Made by a program: the position numbers and the translations under genes
Part shown: in pieces, positions 1 to 8,787 of the stretch
Layout of the letters: every line of letters begins with the position of its first letter
How positions within the stretch are numbered: position 1 is the stretch's first letter
The notes under the pieces: model-generated
Told to the model about the DNA's origin: nothing
Database searches by the model: none
What the model saw: the letters and a program-made list of their open reading frames with translations, nothing else
NCBI GenBank assembly: GCA_963725045.1
Contig: CAVRWY010000014.1
Coordinates: 305-64,304, forward strand
Reading direction: 5' to 3'
Length of the DNA: 64,000 nucleotides
Origin: an uncultured Gemmatimonadales bacterium
GTDB taxonomy: Bacteria; ARS69

Positions 1-315
1 GAATACGAGGTCGGCGCTGCGCTGCGGGATCCTTACGAGGCTCCGGAGCTGTTCGCCGAGCCTTCGGTCATCCTGAACCGAGCCGAGTGCTTCGTTCGCG
101 AGCTGGGTGTAGACGCTTCCCGCGTGCTCGGATGGGCCTTCGCCCAGGCGGTGCTGGCGGCCATCTGGGCAGTCGAGGATGGTCTGCCGGTTTCCTCGAC
201 GCCGGCACGCATGGCTCTGCCGTCCTGCACCGTGCTCCGGCCCGACGCCGAGGAAAATCCGCTGACGCCTGGGATGACGCAGCTTGTGTGCCGCTCGGTT
301 CTGGAACCTGGATGA
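1..315 (+). CDS. 3' end of a gene that begins upstream of the window; hypothetical protein
   Basis: Frame 1 is open from base 1 and reads as a plausible C-terminus (…DPYEAPELFAEPSVILNRAECFVRELGVDASRVLGWAFAQAVLAAIWAVEDG…) ending at TGA 313-315. No family recognised. Confidence 0.3.
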   Translation, partial: EYEVGAALRDPYEAPELFAEPSVILNRAECFVRELGVDASRVLGWAFAQAVLAAIWAVEDGLPVSSTPARMALPSCTVLRPDAEENPLTPGMTQLVCRSVLEPG

Positions 316-747
316 CGACCGTGGTCGGGAGCCAGGACGGTGCCAGCCCCGGGCACGGGCGAGGTCGGGCCAGCGGGTGCGACCGGGAAGCATGAGCCCA
401 GCGCCAAGGTCCCGGTCTCGTTGAGCTAATACACGCGGGAGGAAGCTGGTGTCGACTGCGATCGCTGCCCTGCAGGGACGCTTTGCTGCGACCATTCGTT
501 ATTGTGGCTATACTCAGACCGATAGCTTGGGAGTCCGAGACAGTGAGCTTTCAGAACCGAACCGAGGAACTGGTCTTCGAGCTTTGCCGTCGCTCATTCC
601 TCTGCTGTGGAGCTATGCAAACCCGCGTCGCGACGGCTCCACGAAGGAGCTGTGTGACGTGTTGGTTGTCTGTGACCCTCACGTCATCATCTTCAGCATC
701 AAGCACTCGCAGTTCCAGCAGGGCTGTTTCTGATTTCGGCTGCGGCG

Positions 748-1149
748 ATGCTGGCCGGGGGGCTGCGCAAGCGCATCGGCTGGCTTGCCATCGCTGCGGC
801 CCTGGTCGGCGCGGTGGCCGACATCATGGAAACCTACACCCAGCTTGCAATGACGAGCGACTGGTCGAGCGCGGAAGACTTGCTCGTCTATGTGGCGCCC
901 TCGAGCTGGACCAAATTCTTCGCGCTCGCCCTTCATGGCGCCGGGTGTGGATTGGTCTGCTTCTTCGGCGCCAAGAAACGCTTCCTCGTGGGCTTGCTTG
1001 GCGTGGCGCCGGTCATCGGCGTCGGCGGCGACTATTTCGGCCTCATCCATGTGCCCCAGCTGATGAGCATGGTGTTTGGGGCGTTCTGGGTGGCGCTCCT
1101 GGTGGTCGCGATCAGGGAGACGGTTCGGGCGCGAGGTGCGTCGGCGTGA
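748..1149 (+). CDS. small integral membrane protein (~4 TM), hypothetical
   Basis: 133-aa ORF with four hydrophobic segments (LAIAAALVGAVADIM…, FFALALHGAGCGLVCFF, LVGLLGVAPVIGVGG, MVFGAFWVALLVVAI); ATG start. Confidence 0.4.
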   Translation: MLAGGLRKRIGWLAIAAALVGAVADIMETYTQLAMTSDWSSAEDLLVYVAPSSWTKFFALALHGAGCGLVCFFGAKKRFLVGLLGVAPVIGVGGDYFGLIHVPQLMSMVFGAFWVALLVVAIRETVRARGASA

Positions 1150-1571
1150 TGCCGAAATCCGCTTCCAGATGCCTGGCCACGATCGCGCGGTGGCAGTCGC
1201 GCCAGTCGTGCTCCAGGCACATCAGGCACGTGCGCCCTTTGCCGCGCGAGCTCCGCGACCTCGGCCAGCGCCAGCTGACTTTCCGGCTCGGCGAGCTTGG
1301 CCTCGAAGATGCGCTGCATCGTCTTGGCGTCGCCCTTGCGCGCGGCTTCGCGCCCGGCCTTCGGCGTGCCGAGCGGCTTCATGTGCATGTAGGCGATGCC
1401 GGCTTCGTCGAGGCTCGCGGCCAGCGATTTCTTGGAGAAGCCCGCGCGGCGCGAATTGGCGACTTCGCGCACGTCGACCAGCGTCTTGATCTTCGCCGCC
1501 TTCAGCGCCGCGACGAAATCGGGCACGCCGACCTTCTCGTAGCCGATGGTCCAGAGCTCCGTCACAGCCAT
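1108..1571 (-). CDS. DUF488 family protein, apparent -1/+1 frameshift near 1250
   Basis: N-terminal part (MAVTELWTIGYEKVG…LVDVR…GFSK…GIAYMHMKPLG) is in one frame. The C-terminal DUF488 motif (GRTCLMCLEHDWRDCHRAIVARHLEADFGITP) is in a second frame that ends near 1108. Confidence 0.55.
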
Positions 1572-1599
1572 CCCATCGTACAGCGCGCCGAGCAGCACG

Positions 1600-2384
1600 G
1601 CGCCGAGCGACGATGCGATACCACGCAAACGGGCCAAAGCCCACGCGCGTGACGAATTCGAGGAACGGCTTCACCACCACCAGGCCGCCGAGATGAAGGC
1701 GAACACGAAAGCCGACGCGCGATCTCGGCGATGCGGTCGGTGCGTGATGTGGTCCTTGATCTTCATGAAATCGTAGCACGAACGCCGCCGATCATCGTCG
1801 GCATGGCGAGGAAGAAGGAGAACTCCGCCGCTGCGCGCCGGTCGAGCCCGAGGAGCAAGCCGCCGAAGATGGTCGCGCCCGAGCGCGACACGCCGGGATC
1901 AGCGCCAGGGTCTGGAACACGCCGACGCCGATGGCCCGCCAGATCGGCGTGTTGGCGGCCTCCTCGCACGGCTTGGCGTCGGCGCGAAGCGCTCGATCAG
2001 CAGCATGGCGACGCCGCCCAGAATGAGCGCCCAGCGCGATCACAGTGAAGCTTTCGTACAGCACGCGCTTCACGAAATCGTCGGCGAAGAGCCCGACGAG
2101 CGACGGCCGGCAGGAACGCGAGAAACAGCATCAGCGCAAAGCGCCGCGCCTCGGGCTTGGTCGGCGAGGCCGGCGATCACGTCGATGATGCGCTGGCGGT
2201 AGAGCCACATCACCGCGAGGATCGAGCCGAGCTGGATCATCACCGTGAAGACGCCGCCCGGATCGTCGAAGCCGAGCAGGCGCTCGCCGATCAGCAGGTG
2301 CGCGGTGGAGGAGACCGGCAGGAACTCGGTCAGGCCCTGCAGGATGCCCAGCAGCGCCGCGGTGAGAAGATGGATGATGTCCAA
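1600..2384 (-). CDS. uppP: undecaprenyl-diphosphatase UppP/BacA, split over 3 reading frames (>=2 frameshifts)
   Basis: TTG start then [31 protein letters not shown] (UppP signature). Later segments [13 protein letters not shown]…, [33 protein letters not shown] and [20 protein letters not shown] lie in other frames. The 3' end is uncertain. Confidence 0.6.
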
Positions 2385-2642
2385 AAAGGCGCCCCCGGCG
2401 GTCAAGGGGCGCCCCGCCGTCTCCGGGCGTCCGTTTCTGGCCGAAACCGCCGGTGCGCGCCAGTCCCCGGATCTGCACGATTTGCGCTCGCCCGCGTAAT
2501 TTTCGCCGCCGGGGCGGACTGCGTGCGCCTCGCGTGAGGCGAACGGCGTCGACGCGGCGCGCGGCGCACGCCATATAACGGAGGTGACGACAGCCGCTTC
2601 GACGCCCCCGCCCTTTCGTCGGCCGAGCATGAACGGCTGACC

Positions 2643-3480
2643 ATGCGCGCACGGCGCAGCTCTCGGTGGCGGTCGCCGTGGTGCTGGTCGCGCTCAAGAC
2701 TGGGCGTGGTTTGCCTCGTCGTCGGTGGCGATGCTGGCCTCGCTCGCCGACTCTACGCTCGATTTGCTGGCCTCGCTGGTGACGTTTTCGCGGTGCGCTA
2801 CGCTGCGGCGCCGCCGGATCGCGAGCACCGTTTCGGGCACGGCAAGGCGGAGCGTTCGCCGCTCCGTGCAGGGCGGGCCTGGTGGCGGTGTCGGCGCGCT
2901 GGTGGCGCTGGAGGCGTTTCTCGTCTGTTTCGGCCCGCTCGTTCATCACGGCTTGCGAAAGCCTCGCGGTGATGGTGATCTCGATTCGTTCTGACCGCCG
3001 CTCTCGTCTCCGTGCAGACCCACGCGGTGCGCCGCACGGGCTCGGTGGCGACGCCGGCGCGGATCGCGTGCACTACGTCGGCGATCTGGCGTCGAATCCT
3101 GTGGTGATGGCGGGTCTCGGCCTGTGGCGTTTTATTTGGTCTTGTGCTGGGCGGACGCGGCGGCGGCGCTGCTGGTCGTCGCCTGGCTGGTATGGAGTTC
3201 TTTTCATGTGACCCGCGAGGCGGCCGATCATCTGCTTGACCGCGAACTCCCCGAGAAGCGCGCGCGCAGTATTCGCGCCCTTGCCGAGAACGATCCTCGC
3301 ATGGTGCCGTGTGCATGAACTCCGCACCCGCACCAGCGGATCTTACGTGCATATTCAGTTTCACGCCGAGTCGATCCGGCGCTCTCTCTTGAAGAGGCGC
3401 ACGGATCGTCGTCGCCGCCGAGGAGCGCATCCGCGCTGCTTTCCGACCGCCGATATCATCATCCACCCCGATCCCCGAAG
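2643..3480 (+). pseudogene. cation diffusion facilitator (CDF) family metal efflux transporter, >=5 frameshifts, no in-frame stop
   Basis: CDF motifs are scattered across all three + frames: [17 protein letters not shown] / AWFASSSVAMLASLADSTLDLLASLVTF / FAVRYAAAPPDREHRFGHGKAE / HYVGDLASNPVVMAGLGL / ADHLLDRELPEKRARSIRALAENDPRM / VHELRTRTSGSYVHIQFH…DIIIHPDP. Confidence 0.55.
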
Positions 3481-3530
3481 GGCCGCGCCGAACCCCACGG
3501 TCACGAGGATTTCGAACGTGCGCGTCGCGG

Positions 3531-3701
3531 TTGAGCATGACGCCCGAGCACCTCAAGCGCCGCGCCCGAGCGTTGGGCTTCGATGCGGTCGGCGTCGCGT
3601 CGGCCGAAGCGCCCTGGCCGGCGAAAGCGCACTTGCAGGAATTTCTGGGCGAAGGCCGCCACGGCGACATGGACTGGATGACGCGCGCGGTTCCCGGCTC
3701 G
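3531..3701 (+). pseudogene. queG: 5' remnant of epoxyqueuosine reductase QueG (first ~57 codons only)
   Basis: MSMTPEHLKRRARALGFDAVGVASAEAPWPAKAHLQEFLGEGRHGDMDWMTRA matches the QueG N-terminus. After this point none of the three frames continues QueG-like sequence, and the next gene starts ~3828. Confidence 0.45.
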
Positions 3702-3827
3702 AGCTTCTATCGGGAGGGGAGCGCGGGACGCGAGCGCCTCCGATTCAACTTCTGCAAGCGAGAGTCCACGCTGGATGCGGCCGCGGAGCGGCTCGCGGGA
3801 CTTCCGGAAGCGCTGGCCCGGTCGCGA

Positions 3828-5572
3828 CGTTGATTCGGGCGCTCGCGTCGCGCTGGATTCCGTTCGCGGCGGCGGGTCTCGCGATCGCGGTGCACGCGGG
3901 GACACTCGGCGCCGGATTCGTGTACGACGACTTTCCGTACATCGTCGAGAACCCCGATCTTCGCGGCGATTGGTCGCGCGCGCCGCAACTCTTCGCCTCG
4001 AGCTTCCCGAGTGCGGCGCCGGAGCGCGCGTTGTACCGGCCGCTGACCGCATGGACGCTCTTCGTCGATGCGCATCCCGCGCCGCTCGATCCCTTTCGAT
4101 TCCACGCGACGAACCTCGTGCTCGCCGCCGCCGCCGTGCTGGCGGTGCATGCGCTCTTGAAGCGCATGCTCCCCGCGGCCGCGGCGGGGGCGGGCGCCCT
4201 GCTCTTCGCGGTGCACCCGGTGCACGTCGAAGCGATCGCCTGGGTCACGGGGCGATCCGAGGTTCTTGCGGGCATTCTCGTGTGCGTCGCGCTCGCGCTC
4301 GCGCTCGACGCGGCGCGGGGCGGCTCCGCCGCGCGCGCCGCGGCGGCGGGGGGAGCGCTCGCCCTGGGAGTGCTGGCGAAGGAGAGCGCGGCGGCGGGAG
4401 TGCCGCTCGCCGTGCTTCTCCTCGCGGCGGATGCGCGCTCTCGGCGGTCACGCGCCGCGCCATCGGACGCGCCGCGCGCGACGGCGGGATGGTCGAGGAT
4501 CGTCGCCGGAGCGCTCTTCATCTCGGTCCTCGGCATGCTTCTCGTTCGCCAGGCGGTGCTCGGGCGATTTGCGCCGGCTGCCGGGGATCGGATCGTGGAA
4601 GGAGGCCTCCTCGATCGATTCCCGTTGGCGCTCGCGGCCGGCGGTGAGCACATGCGACTTCTGATCGCGCCTTGGCCGCTCTCCATCGAGCGCATGCCCG
4701 ACCCGCCGGGGTCGTGGAGCGATCCTCGTGTGGTTGCGGGGGTCGCTCTTCTGCTCGCCCTCGCTGCGCTGGTGATCGTGTTCGCACGCCGCGGACGAAT
4801 CGATCGCGCGGTCCTCGCGGCCTGGCCGGCGGTGGCGCTGCTTCCGGTCTCGCATCTGGTGCCCATCGGGGAGAGCGTGGCGGAGAGGTTTCTCTTTCTG
4901 CCTTCGGTGGGAGTCGCCGGGCTCGTGGGCTCGCTGTTGGCCGATGTGGAACCTCGCGCACGTCTCGCGCGTTTCGCGCCGGCACTACTCGCGGCTCTCC
5001 TCCTTGCCGGCGCCGCCGCATCGTGGACGCGTTCCATGGTGTGGAAGGACGAGCGCACGCTCTGGGAAGACGCACTTCGCCACGACGAAAGATCTCCGGC
5101 GCCGTGGGCCGCGCTCGGCGACGTCGAGCTTCGCGCAGGGAATGTGCGCCCTGCGATCGCGCGCTACGAAGGGGCGCTCGCCCGCGATCCCGCGCTCACG
5201 GTGGCGCGCTTGAATCTGGCGCGCGCGCTCGACGCGGCGGGGGATCCGGCGGGCGCGCTCGCGCAGTCTCGTGAAGCGGTGCGTCTCGATCCGGCTCACC
5301 CGGTCGCGTGGAATCATCTGGGCGCACGTCTCGCGCGCGCCGGAACCCACGACGAGGCGCGTGCCGCGTTCGATCGCGCGGTGGAGATCGCTCCGCGTTA
5401 TGCCCCGGCGCTCGTGAACGCAGCGCGGGCGGCTCTCGAGGCGGGGGACGCGGCACGAGCACGAGACCTCGTGCGGCGCGCGCGCCTCGCGGATCCCACG
5501 CTGCCGGGACTCGACGAGATCGAGCGCGGCGCGGGGAGCGGATCTCGAGACTCGAGCTCGGCCTCGAAGTGA
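3828..5572 (+). CDS. membrane protein with DUF1736/TMTC-like N-terminal polytopic domain and C-terminal TPR repeats
   Basis: GFVYDDFPYIVENPDLR…LYRPLTAWTLFVDAH…FHATNLVLAAAAVLAVHALL with multiple TM segments, then TPR-like repeats (AWNHLGARLARAGTHDEARAAFDRAVEIAPRYAPALVNAARAALEAGD). Likely TTG/GTG start near 3828-3837; the ORF is open from 3236. Confidence 0.6.
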
Positions 5573-5883
5573 AAGGAACGCGACGGACTCGCCCCCGCAG
5601 ACTTGCGCTCATGCGGTACCGCGAACTGTGCTCGCGAGCACGCGCGTGATTCCCTGCCGGCAAGCCGGCTCCGGATTCCCCTCGGCCGCCGTTGCTGCTC
5701 GGCGCCCAGAAGAGATTGAAGGCGCCTGCGCTGCGCTGACGCGTCTCGAGGGGAACCCGGAGCCGGACCGGCAGGGACACCACGTCGGAATTCGCTCGCT
5801 TGGTGATTGCCGGACGCCGGCGAGACCGCCAGGCGACCCGATCGCATTCACTCGAGCGGCGTCAGTGCAACGCAGGCGCGCGC

Positions 5884-6117
5884 TTCGATGCGCCTCGGAT
5901 TCCCAGTGTCTCGAGGCGAACTGGCGTACCGGAGGCGCACCGGCGGTCGCCGCCCAGAGTCCCGGTACCTTTCGGCGAGCCTGCGTACCACAGACGTAGA
6001 TCTTGTTCTCCACGAAGCGAAAAGCGCGAGCCGAAAGGCTCCGGGAGGCTGGGCAAGAGGCGAGCCGCGGGCGCGCCGAGGAACGTATGTGAGACGACGA
6101 GATACTGGGAATCCGAG
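5884..6117. repeat. MITE-like ~230-bp repeat, copy 1, bounded by ~25-bp terminal inverted repeats (GCCTCGGATTCCCAGTGTCTCGAGGC)
   Basis: 5891-5917 gcctcggattcccagtgtctcgaggcg and its inverted partner at 6100-6118 (actgggaatccgaggctc). The interior is near-identical to 30760-30985 in the opposite orientation. Intergenic, between the TPR gene and xdhC. Confidence 0.7.
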
Positions 6118-6184
6118 GCTCATGGAGTCGCCCTTCCCCAGACCCGGCGTCCGCCCGATAATGGCGAGAGAGAAGGAGCGTCCC

Positions 6185-7057
6185 ATGCTGGCGTTTCAGG
6201 ACAAGCTCGCCGAGCACCTCCGGCAGGGACGGACCGTGGCGGTCGCGACCATCGTCGCGAGCCGCGGATCCACGCCGCGAAAGGTCGGCGCGAAGATGAT
6301 CGTCCAGGAATCGGGAGCGATCGACTTCACGCTGGGAGGCGGCGCGTTCGAAGCGCTCGTGATCGAAGACGCGAAGGAAGTGCTCCGTTCGGGGGAGGCC
6401 GCGATCAAGTGCTATCGCTTCCTTCCCGTGGGGGAGAACGCGACGGGAATGACGTGCGGAGGGGAGGTCGAAGTGTTTCTGGAACCGGCCAAGCGCGCTC
6501 CCCGGCTCGTGATCTTCGGCGGGGGGCACGTGGCGATGCCGCTCGCGCGCGCCGCGCGCGATCTCGGATTTCGAATCGCGGTGATCGACGACCGTCCGGC
6601 GTTCGCGGCTCGCGATCGTTTTCCCGATGCCGACGAGATCGTGCTCGCGGAAGGCGGATTCGCGCGCGTGGACTTTCCGCTGGAGCCCGAAGACTTCGTG
6701 GTGATCGTGACCCGCTGTCACCAGACCGACGAAGCGTCGCTCCGTCTCGTGCTCGCGGAAGATCGCGAGCCGGCGTACGTCGGAGTGGTGGCGTCGCGCC
6801 GCAAGGCGAAGGTGCTGCTCGCCCGTCTCGCGCAAGAGGGAGTGCCGCGCGAGCGTCTGGAGGAGATCCGCACGCCGATCGGGCTCGACATCGGCGCGGA
6901 AACTCCGGAGGAGATCGCCGTTTCCATCTTGGGAGAAGTTCTGGCCGTACGTCGCGGAAGAGCCGCGGGATTCCTCTCCGAAGAGACCTGCGTTCCCGAG
7001 AACGTCACCGTGCGCCGCACGGCGCGTCCGCCGCGAGGTCAGGCCGCAGGCGGTTGA
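6185..7057 (+). CDS. XdhC/CoxI family molybdoenzyme maturation (xanthine/CO dehydrogenase accessory) protein
   Basis: MLAFQDKLAEHLRQGRTVAVATIVASRGSTPRKVGAKMIV…VIFGGGHVAMPLARAARDLGFRIAVIDDRP…VGVVASRRKA…IGLDIGAETPEEIAVSILGEVLAV. AAGGAG lies 7 nt upstream of ATG 6185. Confidence 0.7.
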   Translation: MLAFQDKLAEHLRQGRTVAVATIVASRGSTPRKVGAKMIVQESGAIDFTLGGGAFEALVIEDAKEVLRSGEAAIKCYRFLPVGENATGMTCGGEVEVFLEPAKRAPRLVIFGGGHVAMPLARAARDLGFRIAVIDDRPAFAARDRFPDADEIVLAEGGFARVDFPLEPEDFVVIVTRCHQTDEASLRLVLAEDREPAYVGVVASRRKAKVLLARLAQEGVPRERLEEIRTPIGLDIGAETPEEIAVSILGEVLAVRRGRAAGFLSEETCVPENVTVRRTARPPRGQAAGG

Positions 7058-7079
7058 CGCAGGACTTCTTCGGCTCTCG

Positions 7080-7640
7080 TCAGGGCGTGGAGTCCGCGGG
7101 CGCTCCGCTCGGGCCGTGGTCGTGGTGTTCCTCGTCGTCCGGCGGAAATCCTTGGAACACGTACTCGACGCCGTCCACCGTGTGGGACTCGGGTGCAGCC
7201 GTGTTGACCGCCGCGGGAAACGCGAGAAGCCCGTTCGTGGTGGAATAGTCGCAGTTCATCACCAACGCGTGCTGCTGGTACACCGAGGGAATGACGTCGG
7301 CGACGATCTTCTCGCCGGGCTTCGTGACCCGCACGAGCAGCTTCCCCAATCGGCACGGCGACGCATAGCACTCCATCCCCGCCTGGCAGATCGTTCCCGG
7401 ATAAGGATCCGGAATGAGCAGCGGCTGCCAGGTGCGATCGTCGAAATTGGGGACGAATCCGATGAATTCCCCTCCGTCGATCTTCACGCCGAAATCGACG
7501 CCTCGAATGCGAGGACCTTCGGCGAAGAGATGGAACTCGACGAGGTCCCCTTTCGCCGCCTTGGCGCTGCGGAGGTCCATGTCGTCGCGCGAGACGCTGA
7601 TCTTTGATGCGCGGTCGAGAGGAATCGTCGGCCTTCGACC
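7080..7640 (-). CDS. secreted hypothetical protein; signal peptide and mature domain in different frames (frameshift ~7585-7600)
   Basis: MLRFVAAFLLLASVASAEEAPGTPG signal peptide with GGAG upstream is in one frame. The 166-aa body (…GVDFGVKIDGGEFIGFVPNFDDRTWQPLLIPDPYPGTICQAGMECYASPCRLG…) is in the adjacent frame. Confidence 0.4.
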   Translation of the reverse strand, partial: GRRPTIPLDRASKISVSRDDMDLRSAKAAKGDLVEFHLFAEGPRIRGVDFGVKIDGGEFIGFVPNFDDRTWQPLLIPDPYPGTICQAGMECYASPCRLGKLLVRVTKPGEKIVADVIPSVYQQHALVMNCDYSTTNGLLAFPAAVNTAAPESHTVDGVEYVFQGFPPDDEEHHDHGPSGAPADSTP

Positions 7641-7989
7641 CGGGGGTTCCGGGGGCCTCCTCGGCTGAGGCGACCGAGGCGAGCAAGAGAAAGGCAGCCA
7701 CGAAGCGAAGCATTCGAAGAATTCTCCGGGGGTGGACCGAGACCACGGACGACGGGGGCGAGATCGACTGGTGAATTGTAGGGGATCCGCGCCGATCTCG
7801 CGAGCCCGCGCACGTTGGGTTTTCCCCGCCGCGCCAAGGTTGCCCAGCGCCGCATGCGCCGCGCGAACGGATGTCAGGAGTGCTCAGGCGCCCGGTCCGG
7901 CGCCTCAAGGGCGGACGGCCCTTCCGTCGAAAGAAGAGTCAGAGCGAGAGCTCTCCCGACTTCGAGCCCGAGCATCCCTGGAGCTTCTC

Positions 7990-8787
7990 GTGCCTCGTGC
8001 CACTCCATCGATTTCCGAACCCACCGCGCCCGTTTCCGGGCTCGTCCCCATCCCGCTCGACGAGGGGGCCCGCGTGGTGTGGAGCGTCGCTTCCGGCGCG
8101 GTGGCCGCTCCCCCCGGGGAAACGGCCCGGCGCCTGCGCGGCGCGCTTCGTGATCCGCGCGAGATCGCCGGCGTCGTGCTCGAGCTCAGCGGGATCGACG
8201 CGCCCACTTCTGGCGCGACGCGTTCGCTTCTCGATCTCGCCGGAGAGCTGGAGCGTCGCGGCGTCGGGGTCGTCGCGAGCGGAGGCAGCGCGGATCTCCT
8301 CACCGCGCTCTCGCTGGAGGACGATCTCTCCCGTCTTCCGCGCGTCGGCGATCTCTCCGCGGCGATCGCGCTGCTCCGCGAATTCGACGACGCGGCGCGC
8401 CGTCTCGCGAGCCGCCCCGCGGGCCCCGCGCGCGTCGTTCGATTTCCCGCGCGGCGGGAGAGCGTGGCTCCGATCTGCCGGCTGCTCCGGCTGCGGCTCG
8501 GCGAAGACGGGCTCGCGAGCCGCGCACGCGACCGCATGGTGCGCCGCGCGTGGGACGTCATCCACAGCGAGATCCTGGCCGCGTGTGATCCTTCCCTCGA
8601 TCATCTGGGCGTGTGTGCGCGCGTGCATGATGCGCGCGTGACGATCACGCTTCTCGACGAAGGCTCGGGATCGCGACCGGACGAGCGTGCGACCGAGGGC
8701 CGTGGCGGGATGCGCGTCCACCGCTTCCGGATTCTCGGAAGACATCACGCGACCGTTCTCGAAGCTCCCGCGCGTCAGTCCACGTAG
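7990..8787 (+). CDS. fused STAS (anti-sigma-factor antagonist-like) + RsbW-like HATPase domain protein
   Basis: STAS-like EIAGVVLELSGIDAPTSGATRSLLDLAGELERRGVGVVASGGSADLLTAL, followed by ILAACDPSLDHLGVCARVHDARVTITLLDEGSG (anti-sigma kinase HATPase pattern). The start is uncertain (GTG ~7990 with GGAG upstream). Confidence 0.4.
   Translation: MPRATPSISEPTAPVSGLVPIPLDEGARVVWSVASGAVAAPPGETARRLRGALRDPREIAGVVLELSGIDAPTSGATRSLLDLAGELERRGVGVVASGGSADLLTALSLEDDLSRLPRVGDLSAAIALLREFDDAARRLASRPAGPARVVRFPARRESVAPICRLLRLRLGEDGLASRARDRMVRRAWDVIHSEILAACDPSLDHLGVCARVHDARVTITLLDEGSGSRPDERATEGRGGMRVHRFRILGRHHATVLEAPARQST

Noticed and set aside
483-1652. 389-codon + strand ORF across the DUF488 and membrane-protein region
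   Set aside because: No recognisable domains and low-complexity composition. It conflicts with the better-supported minus-strand DUF488 gene.
5628-5999. ORFs at 5628-5999 (+) and 30589-31497 (-) with identical 30-aa translations
   Set aside because: The identity comes from the shared MITE-like repeat. There is no RBS, no family match, and the ORFs are extensions of stop-poor frames.
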